Below are positions 40,267-50,660 of a stretch of DNA of 64,000 nucleotides, piece by piece. The notes under the pieces are model-generated. The model did not search any database. It saw only the letters and a list, made by a program, of their open reading frames with translations, and was not told the origin of the DNA. How positions within the stretch are numbered: position 1 is the stretch's first letter; every line of letters starts with the position of its first letter. The translations under genes were made by a program, and so were the position numbers. Origin of the DNA: an uncultured Verrucomicrobiae bacterium (lineage in GTDB: Bacteria; Verrucomicrobiota; Verrucomicrobiia; Chthoniobacterales; JAFAMB01). The DNA is taken from contig CAVXLD010000012.1 in the NCBI GenBank assembly GCA_963762565.1, positions 448,001 to 512,000 of the forward strand. The letters are read 5' to 3'.

Positions 40267-42987
40267 ATGTCTAAACACCGACTAAGATTCCCTCACCTTG
40301 GCGTCTTTGCGTCTTTGCGTGAGATTTTGCTTCCGTCCGCTCTCCCGCTGATCTTTCTCAGCGGTTCCTTACAATCCGGCTATGCCGGTCCCGGTGCCAC
40401 CGTCCCTTTTGTCAGCTATTACTCCAGCGATATGACCACCAACGGAACGCGCTTAGGCCCTGGCTATCAGCCGTTCACCGTTGAAGCGGAATCCGCGCAA
40501 CGCAGCTGCATTCAGCTTTCCCAAACCGGACAGTATGTCGAATTTAAGGCTCGCGGGTCGGCCAATGCTTTGGTCGTACGCTACAGCATTCCAGACACGC
40601 CAAGCGGGGGAGGGTTCGATTCCACCATCAGCGTTTATCAAAACGGCGTATTTTTGGACAAACTTCCGGTTACCTCGAAATACTCCTGGCTCTACGGCTT
40701 CTATTCGTGGACCAACAATCCGGCCGACGGTAATCCTCGGAATTTTTATGACGAGGTACGGCTGCTGGGTGTCAATATCGCTCCAAACGACACGATAACT
40801 CTGCAGAAGGATTCCGATGACAAGTCGCCTTACTATATCGTCACCTTGGTCGATTTAGAGCAGGTCCCGCCTCCCGGGTCGATGCCGACGAAAGGGAGTT
40901 GGCTTAATGTCAAAGATCCTCCCTACAATGCCACCGGTAACGGGGTTAAGGATGATTCAGTCGCCATCGACAAATGCATTGCGGACGCCATTACTCAGCA
41001 TAAAAATGTCTGGATACCGGCAGGTAACTACCTGGTTACACACGACATCACCAGCACCATTCCAGGTGACCTCGGTTTACACGACGTCACCATTCAAGGT
41101 GCGGGTATGTGGTACACCAACTTGGTTGGAAGTCCTAAACTATATACCGATCAGACCCGCCGGGTGCGCGTGATCGGAGGCGGAAGCAATGTTCACTTGG
41201 CTGATTTTGCTATCCAAGGAAAACTCAATTACCGGAGCGACCCCGAAGAGAACGATGGCCTGTTCGGTTCCTACGGCAAGGGATCGACCATCGAACGGGT
41301 TTGGGTAGAACATACCAAGGTCGGGTGTTGGCCGAGTAATTCCAACGGATTGGTCATCCGCGATTGTCGTATGCGGGATCTGATCGCAGACGGATACAAC
41401 CTGAATGTCGGGATGCGGAATACACTGGTAGAGAATTGCACCGCCCGCGGCACCGGCGACGACAGCTTTGCCATATGGCCGACCACCCCTCAGATCACGC
41501 AGGCGATTCCGCCGGTGCAGGTTTATTCTCCCGGCTATAACACGATCGATCATTGTACGGCTAGACTCAATTTCGTAGCCAGTGGAGGCGCGATTTATGG
41601 CGCTCCCGGTAATAAGATTACCAACTGCCTGTTCGAGGACATCCCGGTTGGTTGCGGCATCCTGATCAGCGGGCTTTTTGGCGAAGGAACTAACTACTTC
41701 AGCGGGAAGACTACGGTTGCCGATTGCGATCTGATTCGCACCGGCGGCTATGATTCAAATACACCGGGATGGTGGGCCGGGCTCAGGCTCGCTATGAATT
41801 CCGCCGGAATTACCAACGCCGGACTGTCAGGACTAACCATTTCGAACATAAACATTGAAGATAGTCTTGCCTACGGAGTTGCCATCGAGGCCAGTCAACC
41901 GTTGGACGATGCGATCCTGCAGAATGTGAATATCGGGAATTTCGGGTTGGCGCAGCCTGGATTCCACGCCGTTTGGGCCAATCCGCAAGCGGTGGGAAGC
42001 ATGACCCTTGAGGGTTCAACGATCAGTGAGACACCCACAGACGAATCGAGCACGTTCGACTTCAACTTGGATAACGCCACGGTGAGCGGTTCAATACCGG
42101 TAATACCAACTAGTTTGACCGCCACTGAGATTCAGCTCCCAGGGAATGCACAGGTGACGTTGAGCTGGCTGCCATCGCAATTTGCGACTAGCTACACGGT
42201 CAAACGAGCGAGCTCCTCTCGAGGACCTTTCTTCCCGATCGGCACCACGACCAATACTAGCTTTCAAGATAACGTGCCAGGCGGGGTGACCGACTACTAT
42301 GTCGTTTCCGCGTCGAATGAAAACGGTAAGAGCGATAACTCGGTGCCGGTGACGCCGGTGTTGAGTACCGGCATCACATTAACAGCGGGAACATTTAAGG
42401 ATGATTCCGTTCTTAGCCTAGTTAGTTCGCCCGGCGGTGTCGTGAGCTCGGTAGGATTAGGCTCTAATACGCCCGCTGAGACGACGGCGAACGGCTACGC
42501 CTTCCAGGGCTACACCGATTCTCTAGGTGGCGGCGGTACTTACTCCGGCACCAACACGGATAAAACCATTGCGGTCTCAAACTATGTAGGTGACCGCAGC
42601 GGTCTCGTGGGTCAGGCAAACACCGGCGATGCCGCATTCAACGCCGTCTTGAACAACATAGCGAACGGAAATACTCAAAATATCACAGTCACACTAAGCA
42701 GCTTAACGGTTGGTACCACCTACAACATCTTATTCCTTGAGACCGATGCGGTTGATCAGGAACCTCGCGGTTTTAATGTGACCTCGGGGACGGCGCAAAG
42801 CCCTACCCTATGGTTCGCGTTCGACCCAAATCAATATTACGTGGGTTCTTACGTTCTTGGGACGTTTACTGCTACCGCCACAACCCAGACGTTCGAGGTT
42901 GGCATCAGTTATACCAATTCCACCTACGCCCTGATTCCGACCGTTACCTCGCAACTTAACGCGATCCTAGTCGGCACCGCGCAGTGA
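40267..42987 (+). CDS. Secreted GH87-like alpha-1,3-glucanase/mycodextranase (beta-helix) with Fn3 and C-terminal beta domain
   Basis: GATVPF; ANALVVRYSIPD; NFYDEVR; GAGMWYT; WVEHTKVG; TGDDSFAIW; Fn3 motif VTLSW...YTVKR...YYVVSA. Confidence 0.8.
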   Translation: MSKHRLRFPHLGVFASLREILLPSALPLIFLSGSLQSGYAGPGATVPFVSYYSSDMTTNGTRLGPGYQPFTVEAESAQRSCIQLSQTGQYVEFKARGSANALVVRYSIPDTPSGGGFDSTISVYQNGVFLDKLPVTSKYSWLYGFYSWTNNPADGNPRNFYDEVRLLGVNIAPNDTITLQKDSDDKSPYYIVTLVDLEQVPPPGSMPTKGSWLNVKDPPYNATGNGVKDDSVAIDKCIADAITQHKNVWIPAGNYLVTHDITSTIPGDLGLHDVTIQGAGMWYTNLVGSPKLYTDQTRRVRVIGGGSNVHLADFAIQGKLNYRSDPEENDGLFGSYGKGSTIERVWVEHTKVGCWPSNSNGLVIRDCRMRDLIADGYNLNVGMRNTLVENCTARGTGDDSFAIWPTTPQITQAIPPVQVYSPGYNTIDHCTARLNFVASGGAIYGAPGNKITNCLFEDIPVGCGILISGLFGEGTNYFSGKTTVADCDLIRTGGYDSNTPGWWAGLRLAMNSAGITNAGLSGLTISNINIEDSLAYGVAIEASQPLDDAILQNVNIGNFGLAQPGFHAVWANPQAVGSMTLEGSTISETPTDESSTFDFNLDNATVSGSIPVIPTSLTATEIQLPGNAQVTLSWLPSQFATSYTVKRASSSRGPFFPIGTTTNTSFQDNVPGGVTDYYVVSASNENGKSDNSVPVTPVLSTGITLTAGTFKDDSVLSLVSSPGGVVSSVGLGSNTPAETTANGYAFQGYTDSLGGGGTYSGTNTDKTIAVSNYVGDRSGLVGQANTGDAAFNAVLNNIANGNTQNITVTLSSLTVGTTYNILFLETDAVDQEPRGFNVTSGTAQSPTLWFAFDPNQYYVGSYVLGTFTATATTQTFEVGISYTNSTYALIPTVTSQLNAILVGTAQ

Positions 42988-43112
42988 AGTGATTGGTGGA
43001 GCGTTGCCTTGCTTGCAAGGCCGAAAGGGGTCGCCACCTCTGGTGGCGACTCCGACGGTCGGAACAAACCCAAATAGCCGCAAAAAGGCGCGCAAGAAAA
43101 TGTGGTAGATGG

Positions 43113-43148
43113 GAGGATGCCTCCGTGAATCCGCACGGAGGCATCCTC
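43113..43148. terminator. Perfect 15-bp hairpin downstream of the GH87 gene
   Basis: GAGGATGCCTCCGTG-AATCCG-CACGGAGGCATCCTC; weak U-tract. Confidence 0.45.
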
Positions 43149-43224
43149 TCTGACTGCTTTCAGGGCCGGCCCGTTTTTGGATCGAATACCTAAGCCACCG
43201 CTACGCGGCTATCACTCATCTCGC

Positions 43225-43260
43225 TTGACCTAATCCAGAGTGTGTAGTATTACCTACACA
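43225..43260 (+). promoter_or_regulatory. Promoter and operator of the XRE gene
   Basis: TTGACC, N17, TATTAC; IR TGTGTAG-N6-CTACACA (43241-43260) centred on the -10. Confidence 0.6.
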
Positions 43261-43640
43261 TTGTTGCACCAAACAAAGATAAACACCCGGCCTTTGCTGA
43301 TTTCTTACGCGAACGACGCACGAAACTGGCTGAGACCGATTCCCGCCGCTATTCGCTCCGCCAAGTCGCTGGACGTATCGGAGTTGAGCCTTCCTATCTT
43401 TCGAAGATTGAACGCGGCTTGGAACCGCCTCCGGGTGAAGCCACCGCTATCACACTTGCCCGCGAGCTGGAGCTCGACCCCGACCTCCTTCTTGCCATGG
43501 CCGGCAAAGTCTCGTCTGAACTTCAAACCATCATCCGTAAACGCCCAAAACTATTTGGCGACCTGATCCGCGCCCTGAAAGACCAACCCGACCATGCCGT
43601 TCTCCGGATCGTACGCGAGGTCCGCGATGGCAAATGGTAA
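43260..43640 (+). CDS. XRE/Cro-C1 family HTH regulator, apparently starting at a non-canonical ATT
   Basis: In-frame AFADFLRERR...YSLRQVAGRIGVEPSYLSKIERG lies upstream of the listed 43419 ORF; no ATG/GTG/TTG between the TAG at 43245 and the HTH. Confidence 0.75.
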   Translation: MVAPNKDKHPAFADFLRERRTKLAETDSRRYSLRQVAGRIGVEPSYLSKIERGLEPPPGEATAITLARELELDPDLLLAMAGKVSSELQTIIRKRPKLFGDLIRALKDQPDHAVLRIVREVRDGKW

Positions 43641-43666
43641 GTGAAGCGCCTCCCAGCTCCTGCCTT

Positions 43667-44671
43667 ATGATCGAACTCAACCACGACTCCCTACGTTTCT
43701 CCTTCCCGGACCTACATCCGGATGCCCATTGCTCCGTCTCATTCCAACGTACCCTTCGGATTCCCGACGACGATAAGACTTGGCCATTGCCGCCTGGACT
43801 CGGCCGGTTTCCTGTGGTGCATGTCGATGATTTTGCGGCAAATTTACCCCGGAAGTGGTACGAACACGGCGGGGTTGCCTTTCCCATGTATCAATCCGAG
43901 GCCATGTGGATTTCCTTCTCTAGCGATGGGTATCCGTTCGCCATCAAGATCGCTGCAGGCAAAATCGACGCGATAACCGGGGGAGGGTGGTCCGTGCAAT
44001 TGATAGCGAAACCTCAAAACTATCTGATCCTACCGACTCAACCGTGGTTGGACGGCTTCGCGGTCAAGAAAGGCGTGATTCGCCAGTTCGTGGCCATGCC
44101 GTTAGGAAGCGGCTATTCCGCTGAAGAACAACTCACCGGCAAAGCCGAGCACGGCGGATTACAAATCGAAGTTTACCCGATGCGCCCGGAGATCTACAAA
44201 GAAAGAGTCGAGCCAACGCTACGAGCGAGGGTGGGGAGGTTTGTCGCTGAGCCCTGTCCAGGGATCGCATTGTCTGCGCCGAGCATGGGCCTGGCGCCCG
44301 GAGGCAAAATGCGCCAAGAAATCTATGAGGATAGATACGGCATCGATGTCTGGGATCGCGAGCATACCAGCCGCTGCTTCGTCCATCTCTGTAACTCGAT
44401 GGTTTGGCAAAGCATCACCGGTAAACGACCACTGTATCCGCCACCCACAGCCAAAAGCTACAGCGCCGCCGGCTTACCCTGGTTCGACTATTACCGGGAC
44501 GACGTGGATTCGTTAACCGGCAGTCAAGAATTAGATTCCCTGAAAACGGTTTCCCAATTGTCCCAAACCAAAGGCGACAACGCGTTACCGGAAAACGAAT
44601 CAGTAAACCTGAATCCAGATCAAATCCGTCACTTAGGAAAACCAAGAAAACTAGTTCGCGAAATGAACTAG
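43667..44671 (+). CDS. Conserved hypothetical protein (SFQRTLRIPDD...PLPPGLG family)
   Basis: Long ORF with motifs MYQSEAMW, QPWLDG, RQFVAMPLG, GGLQ, MGLAPGG, GLPWFDYY. Confidence 0.8.
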   Translation: MIELNHDSLRFSFPDLHPDAHCSVSFQRTLRIPDDDKTWPLPPGLGRFPVVHVDDFAANLPRKWYEHGGVAFPMYQSEAMWISFSSDGYPFAIKIAAGKIDAITGGGWSVQLIAKPQNYLILPTQPWLDGFAVKKGVIRQFVAMPLGSGYSAEEQLTGKAEHGGLQIEVYPMRPEIYKERVEPTLRARVGRFVAEPCPGIALSAPSMGLAPGGKMRQEIYEDRYGIDVWDREHTSRCFVHLCNSMVWQSITGKRPLYPPPTAKSYSAAGLPWFDYYRDDVDSLTGSQELDSLKTVSQLSQTKGDNALPENESVNLNPDQIRHLGKPRKLVREMN

Positions 44672-44773
44672 CGAAAATGGACCGCGAATGGACGCGAATC
44701 GACACGAACACAGAGAAAAGATCAACCGCAGCCCCGAAATTCTCCGGGGTGAAATTTACTCAGATACGGGGAC

Positions 44774-45016
44774 CGTGGAGCGCTGCCTCGCTGGCGAGGC
44801 CGAACGGTCGGAACAAATCTTTAATAGCCGCAAAAACCTGTCGCGCCCTAGGCTTGGCGAAGGCGGAAGGCACAAAAAGCGCAAAAAAATAAATCAGAGC
44901 GGAGCCCAGTGGAGGTGCGACCTGTCCGCCATAGCTGTGGGTCGATGTAGGCAGCGCTTTTTACCTTTCACTTTTCACCTCTCACCCGTCTTCCCTCTGC
45001 GTCCTCTGCGCGAGGC
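44774..45016 (+). repeat. Composite direct repeat of about 240 bp, second copy at 50792-51080
   Basis: Near-identical sequence, including the non-modular segment GTGCGACCTGTCCGCCATAGCTGTGGGTCGATGTAGGCAGCGC. Confidence 0.85.
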
Positions 45017-45038
45017 TTTTAAGATTCCCCACCGATCG

Positions 45039-45917
45039 TCAGAATTGAAACCTGACCGCTCCTTGGTCGGATCCGTTAGAAATAATCGCTTCGAACTGCC
45101 TCAGATCCGCACTTGGATGTACCTCAACGAGCCGGAGATGGTCGATGTTAGGCTGGGAGGTAACGCGCTGCACATCGTTCGTCTCGATGTTTTTGACCGA
45201 GACCACTTCCTTTGCCCCGTCCTGGAGCCAACCAACAATAACATACTTACCGAATGGACCGGGTCTCGGTTGCACCCGCGGCGCGGGAGTAGCTTGCGGA
45301 ACTACCGGATCACCCGGCGTTGCCGGATCTGGGGCGCTATGATCATTTGCATTCTGCGAAACCGCTCTCTGTTGACCTGCTAAACTAATCGGAACGTAGC
45401 CGTTACTGACGTACCCGCCATCCCCTTTGGGATCTACTATATCTCTGGGATCAACTATCCCTTTGGGATCTATCGGTCCTCTGGGATCTATCGATCCTCT
45501 GGGATCTGTCGATTCGCCGGAATTCGTTGGCCGCGCATTACCGTTGTTGATCACGATGATCACAGGCCTTTGTGGGGCGACATTGTTCGTTGATCTCGGC
45601 TGAACGTACCCCGACGAATTATCCCAGTACTGATAGTCCGGCGCAGAATCCGGTTCTAGATATGAATAGTCCAACGAATCGTCGTAGGGATAGCCGTAAG
45701 GATACCAATAAAGAGGCCAAGCGTACTGTTGAAAACGGATCGCCCGATTGCGAAAAGCGAAACGGTGGCCGCCCCGGTTGAAACCTCGAGGAGCAAACCC
45801 AGCATGAAAGCTGCGACCACTGAACCCACCGCGGCTAAACCCGCCGCGGGCAGGCCCAGCTTCAGAAATCACGGATAATGTTAAGAAGAGCCCCAGAAAC
45901 AACAATGGGATTTTCAC
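45039..45917 (-). CDS. Hypothetical exported protein with Gly/Arg-rich, Tyr-rich and DPxG repeat regions
   Basis: GTG start with signal peptide; five 18-bp repeats at 45423-45512. Confidence 0.7.
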   Translation of the reverse strand: MKIPLLFLGLFLTLSVISEAGPARGGFSRGGFSGRSFHAGFAPRGFNRGGHRFAFRNRAIRFQQYAWPLYWYPYGYPYDDSLDYSYLEPDSAPDYQYWDNSSGYVQPRSTNNVAPQRPVIIVINNGNARPTNSGESTDPRGSIDPRGPIDPKGIVDPRDIVDPKGDGGYVSNGYVPISLAGQQRAVSQNANDHSAPDPATPGDPVVPQATPAPRVQPRPGPFGKYVIVGWLQDGAKEVVSVKNIETNDVQRVTSQPNIDHLRLVEVHPSADLRQFEAIISNGSDQGAVRFQF

Positions 45918-46327
45918 ACGCTTAAACCCGCCTTTCTTCTGTTCAGCAAAAAACCTCCACAAACATCGTCTCGTGCCAGGGCTTGTCAATGATCCGCGGA
46001 GAGCCTCGCGCAGAGGGTGAAAGGTGAAATGGTGATTGGTGATTGGTGATTGGTGATTGAGGCAAACGGCATAAAGCGCAGAAAAGTCACAGACCCATCT
46101 GCGTAAATCCGCGTTGATTTCACCCCGGAGAACGTCCTTCGGCGCGACAGGCTCCGCCTCCGCCAAGCCTATGGCGCGACAGGTTTTGGCGGCTATTGGA
46201 AATTTGTTCCGACCGTCGGCCTCGTCCCGCCGCCGCGGGAAGGCAGCGCTCCACCAATCACCAATCACTAATCACTAATCACCAATCACCTCTCACCCTC
46301 CGCGCCCTTTGCGTCCTCTGCGCGAGG

Positions 46328-49300
46328 TTATCTCTTCCCGCCCTCCGTAAGCCGCTGCACGAACACATAACAGACCGGGACCAGAAAGATGCCGATCAAC
46401 GTTGCGCAGGTCATACCGAATACTACCGCTGTACCCATAACCCCGCGCGCGGCTGCGCCTGAGCCGCTCGAAAGCATCAACGGAACACAACCAACGATAA
46501 ACGCCAGCGACGTCATTAGAATCGGGCGTAGCCGGAGCTTGGACGCTTCCAAAGCAGCTTCTATCGTCGATTTACCTTGTTCCTGTTGTAGCTTAGCAAA
46601 CTCCACAATCAGGATCGCATTCTTAGCCGCTAGACCGATTAACATCACTAATCCGATCTGGACATAAACGTTATTATCATAGCCGCGGACCAGCACCCCA
46701 ATGAACGTCCCGAGTACCACTAACGGTGTACACAACAGCACCGCAAATGGTAACGCCCAGCTTTCATACTGTGCCGCTAGTAACAAAAACACGAAAACAA
46801 CCGCCAAACCGAAAATCAGACCGGCTTCACCCTCCGACTTCTTTTCCTGGTAGGTTAACCCCGACCATTCATACCCAAATTCACGAGGCAATCCTTTCGC
46901 TACTTCGTCAATAGCGTTGAGCGCTTGGGCGGAACTATAGCCCGGCGCCGGTACTCCGGTAATTTCTGCAGCCTGATAAAGGTTATAACGAGAAACAAAA
47001 TTCGGTCCGGAGATCTGTTGGATATCCACCAGGGTGCTAAGCGGAACCATTTTCCCGTCCCGATTGCGAACATAGAAATCGCCGATCTTACTCGGTGTAT
47101 TCGTGTATTGCGGTTCGGCTTGGAGCAGCACTTTGAACACCCGGCCGAAGCGCACGAAATCGTTTACGTACAATCCGCTAAGATAAGCCTGCATCGTCTG
47201 ATAGACGCTGTCGACGCTCACCCCGGTGGCTCGCGCTTTTTCCCGATCCAGTTCAACTTTAATCTGTGGTGTAACCGCATTCAGCGTGGTGGTGAGGCGG
47301 CCGATTTCCGGGCGTTTCGCTGCTTCCGCCATGAATCGTTTTACTTGGGCCGCAAGGTGGTCAAACGATCCACCCGAACGATCCTGCAATTGCAGGGTGA
47401 ACCCGGAAGAGTTCCCATAGCCGGGAAGGGGAGGCGGCCCAAAGGCAAATATTCGCGCCTCGGGAAGCCTGAAAAGTTGGGCGTTAAGTTTCTGCACCAA
47501 AGCCTCAGCCTGCAGCTCGGGTGCATCCCGTTTTTTCCAATCATCGAGTCCCACAAAGATCAAAGCTGCGTTCGGTGCAGTTAATCCGTTCAAGATATTG
47601 AACCCGCAGATCGCTAAGCTCGATCGCACCCCCTTAGTGCCGGAAACGATTTGCTCAACTTTTTTTAGTACGGCATCCGTACGCTGCAACGACGCGCCTT
47701 CCGGAAGCTGTAAGGCAACAAAAATATAACCCTTGTCCTCGTCCGGAATAAACCCGCCCGGCAGCTGTTTCGATAATAACCAGATCCCGCCCACGATCAC
47801 CACCAGCATCAGCATTGAGCGCGCTGCTTTGCGCACAAAAAAATTGACGATATTGCCGTAACCCTTGGTAACCCGGTCGAACGATCGGTTGAACCAACCG
47901 AAAAACCAACCGAGTGGTCCTCGGCTTGCCTGCGGTTTTCGTAACAGGATCGCGCTGAGCGCCGGGCTAAGGGTTAGGGCGTTAATGGCCGAAAAAATGA
48001 CGGAGACAGCGATGGTGATGGCAAACTGCTGATAAAGGCGCCCGGTTACCCCGCTCATGAATGCGACCGGCACAAACACGGCGCAGAGGATCAATGCAAT
48101 GGCGATGACTGGCCCGGATACTTCCTTCATCGCTTGCACGGTGGCGTCATATGGGCTGAGCCCATGTTCGATATGATGCTGCACCGCTTCCACCACCACG
48201 ATGGCGTCATCCACCACGATACCGATGGCTAACACCATACCGAAAAGAGTGAGGGTGTTAACACTGAACCCAAGCATGGGAAAAGCGATGAAAGTACCTA
48301 ACAGCGATACTGGTACGGCCAGCATCGGGATGATGGTTGCCCGCCAGCTTTGCAGAAAAATGAAAACCACCACCAGAACCAGCCCGATAGCCTCGATCAA
48401 GGTGAGCTGAATCTTGTGCAATGAAGCCACAATCGGCGCGGTCGAATCCAGCGTGATCTCATACTCCATGTCCGGCGGGAATCGCGCTTCGCTCTCCTTC
48501 AGAATCCGGGTCACCTGTTCAGCGGTCTTGAGTGCGTTTGCTCCGGGAGCCAGATAAATACCTAAAGCTGCGCCTGGTGATTTATTAAGCCGGGCGCGCA
48601 GATCGTAAGTCTGGGCTCCGAGCTCAACTCGAGCCACATCCTTAATCTTTACCTGGGAACCGTCCGGGTTAGATCGCACTACAATATCAGCAAACTCGTT
48701 CGCCTCCCGTAACAACCCAACCGTGCGCACATTATATTGAGCCTCTTGTCCGGGCGGAGCCGGCTCTGAACCAACCGTGCCGGCCGGCGCCTGCGCATTT
48801 TGTTCGCGGACGGCCGCGGCGATTTCTTCCGGCGTGATCCCGAGTGCCGCCATTTTATCCGGCTGCACCCAGATGCGCATGGAGTAATCCTGGGCGGTGA
48901 AATTCTTAACATCGCCGACGCCGGAAACCCGTTTAATGGCGTCAACCAGGTTAATATTGGCATAGTTACCCAGAAAGATTGCGTCGTAGGTTCCTTTCGG
49001 AGAGTAAAGCCCTATCGCAAACAATAGATCCGGGCTTACCCGGTTGACCGTAACTCCTTCCCGTTTCACCGCGTCCGGAAGTTGCGCCTGGGCCTGGGAG
49101 ACACGGTTTTGGGTGTTGACCTGCATGATATCAACGTCGGTCCCGACGTCGAAAGTGACGCTCAACGTCATCGTGCCGTCGTTGGCGCTGTATGACTGCA
49201 TGTAGAGCATCTTGTCTACACCGTTGACCTGTGACTCGATCGGGATCGCGACCGAATCCATCACGGCTTGAGCAGCCGCACCGCGATAGCTCGAAGCGAC

Positions 49301-49432
49301 TGTAATCAGGGTAGGGCTGATCGATGGATACTCGGCGATCGGCAATCGGGTTAGCGTGAACACCCCAACGATCACGATGATGATCGAGATCACCATGGCA
49401 ACGATGGGGCGGCGGATGAAGAATTGAGCCAT
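46328..49432 (-). CDS. RND multidrug efflux permease (HAE1/AcrB family)
   Basis: FFIRRPIVAMVI; GIVVDDAIVVVE; GLAAKNAILIVEFA; RLRPILMTS. Confidence 0.95.
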   Translation of the reverse strand: MAQFFIRRPIVAMVISIIIVIVGVFTLTRLPIAEYPSISPTLITVASSYRGAAAQAVMDSVAIPIESQVNGVDKMLYMQSYSANDGTMTLSVTFDVGTDVDIMQVNTQNRVSQAQAQLPDAVKREGVTVNRVSPDLLFAIGLYSPKGTYDAIFLGNYANINLVDAIKRVSGVGDVKNFTAQDYSMRIWVQPDKMAALGITPEEIAAAVREQNAQAPAGTVGSEPAPPGQEAQYNVRTVGLLREANEFADIVVRSNPDGSQVKIKDVARVELGAQTYDLRARLNKSPGAALGIYLAPGANALKTAEQVTRILKESEARFPPDMEYEITLDSTAPIVASLHKIQLTLIEAIGLVLVVVFIFLQSWRATIIPMLAVPVSLLGTFIAFPMLGFSVNTLTLFGMVLAIGIVVDDAIVVVEAVQHHIEHGLSPYDATVQAMKEVSGPVIAIALILCAVFVPVAFMSGVTGRLYQQFAITIAVSVIFSAINALTLSPALSAILLRKPQASRGPLGWFFGWFNRSFDRVTKGYGNIVNFFVRKAARSMLMLVVIVGGIWLLSKQLPGGFIPDEDKGYIFVALQLPEGASLQRTDAVLKKVEQIVSGTKGVRSSLAICGFNILNGLTAPNAALIFVGLDDWKKRDAPELQAEALVQKLNAQLFRLPEARIFAFGPPPLPGYGNSSGFTLQLQDRSGGSFDHLAAQVKRFMAEAAKRPEIGRLTTTLNAVTPQIKVELDREKARATGVSVDSVYQTMQAYLSGLYVNDFVRFGRVFKVLLQAEPQYTNTPSKIGDFYVRNRDGKMVPLSTLVDIQQISGPNFVSRYNLYQAAEITGVPAPGYSSAQALNAIDEVAKGLPREFGYEWSGLTYQEKKSEGEAGLIFGLAVVFVFLLLAAQYESWALPFAVLLCTPLVVLGTFIGVLVRGYDNNVYVQIGLVMLIGLAAKNAILIVEFAKLQQEQGKSTIEAALEASKLRLRPILMTSLAFIVGCVPLMLSSGSGAAARGVMGTAVVFGMTCATLIGIFLVPVCYVFVQRLTEGGKR

Positions 49433-49436
49433 CTGC

Positions 49437-50660
49437 TTACTCGGTGGCCGCCGCCGGACTAGCGTTGGCTTGCGCGGCTGTCGGTTGTACCAATCCGCCA
49501 TCGGTCAACATTTGCAGACCTTCCACCACTACGCGCTCACCTGATTTAAGGCCGGTATCAATCAACCAGTCACTGCCGATTCTCGGTCCAACGGTGACGC
49601 TGCGCATGGAAGCTTTGTTGGCATCATCGACCACCCAGACAAAGTTCTTCCCTTGCATTTCCACTACCGCTCGCTGGGCTACTAGCAAGGCGCCGGTTCG
49701 GTCTTCTACCTTTAGCCGCACCCGAGCATATTGGCCGGGACGCAAAACGTTCCCCGGATTCGGAAAGAGAGCGGTCAACCGGATGGTCCCGGTATTCGGG
49801 TCTATCGCTCGGTCCGCGGCTAGAAGACGCCCTTTGTACGGATGCACCTTGCCATCGGCCCGGATCAACTCGAAATCTTCGCTCCGTTGTTCTAGCGGTT
49901 TAGCTAACAAAGCAGACACATCTTCCGCCCAAAGCAGGTATTCTTTCTCACTGACCCCAAATCGAAGCTCGATCGGATCTACCGTCGAAACTTTCGTGAT
50001 CTCGGCTCCACCGCCGCCCGCCGCCACAAAATTACCAACCGTAAAATCCGTTCGGCCGACGATCCCTTTGATCGGCGCCTTAATAGTAGCGAATTCAAGA
50101 TTCAGCTGTGCCTGATCCACGGCCGCGTGCTTGGCATCCACGGTTGCTTTTGCCGCCAAGTTGGCTTGGACCGCGTTTCGATAATCTTGTTCGCTGGCGA
50201 TTTTCTTATTGTAAAGATCGGTCTGACGTCGCTCGTCCTGATCCGTTTTCTGTTGGTTAGCAATCGCCTGCGCTAGGTCGGATTGTGCTTGCGCCAGCCC
50301 AGCTTCGTATTCCCGTGGATCGATACGAAGGAGCAGATCCCCTTCATTTACAACGGTTCCTTCATTGAAAGCGATCTCCTGCACATAGCCTTGTACCCGG
50401 GCCCGAATATCGACATTGGCCGAACCATCGAGTCTGCCGATCCATTCCTCGAAAATCGGCACATTCCGTGGTTCGACCGTCGCAACAATCACCGCCGGCG
50501 GAGGCGGTGTCGCCGTCGCCGCTTTCTTCTCATTGCAACCGGTGAGCAACAACGCTCCAGCGGCCAGCCGAGCCGCATCTTTAGACCGAATCATAAGAGG
50601 GGCAAGAAACCAGGCCTTTCTAGAGATTACAACCGCCCCGGTCAATCGCATTCTGGCCAT
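49437..50660 (-). CDS. RND efflux periplasmic adaptor subunit (MFP)
   Basis: Lipobox LTGC; VDIRARVQG; IKAPIKG; LRPGQYARV; start uncertain. Confidence 0.92.
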   Translation of the reverse strand: MARMRLTGAVVISRKAWFLAPLMIRSKDAARLAAGALLLTGCNEKKAATATPPPPAVIVATVEPRNVPIFEEWIGRLDGSANVDIRARVQGYVQEIAFNEGTVVNEGDLLLRIDPREYEAGLAQAQSDLAQAIANQQKTDQDERRQTDLYNKKIASEQDYRNAVQANLAAKATVDAKHAAVDQAQLNLEFATIKAPIKGIVGRTDFTVGNFVAAGGGGAEITKVSTVDPIELRFGVSEKEYLLWAEDVSALLAKPLEQRSEDFELIRADGKVHPYKGRLLAADRAIDPNTGTIRLTALFPNPGNVLRPGQYARVRLKVEDRTGALLVAQRAVVEMQGKNFVWVVDDANKASMRSVTVGPRIGSDWLIDTGLKSGERVVVEGLQMLTDGGLVQPTAAQANASPAAATE

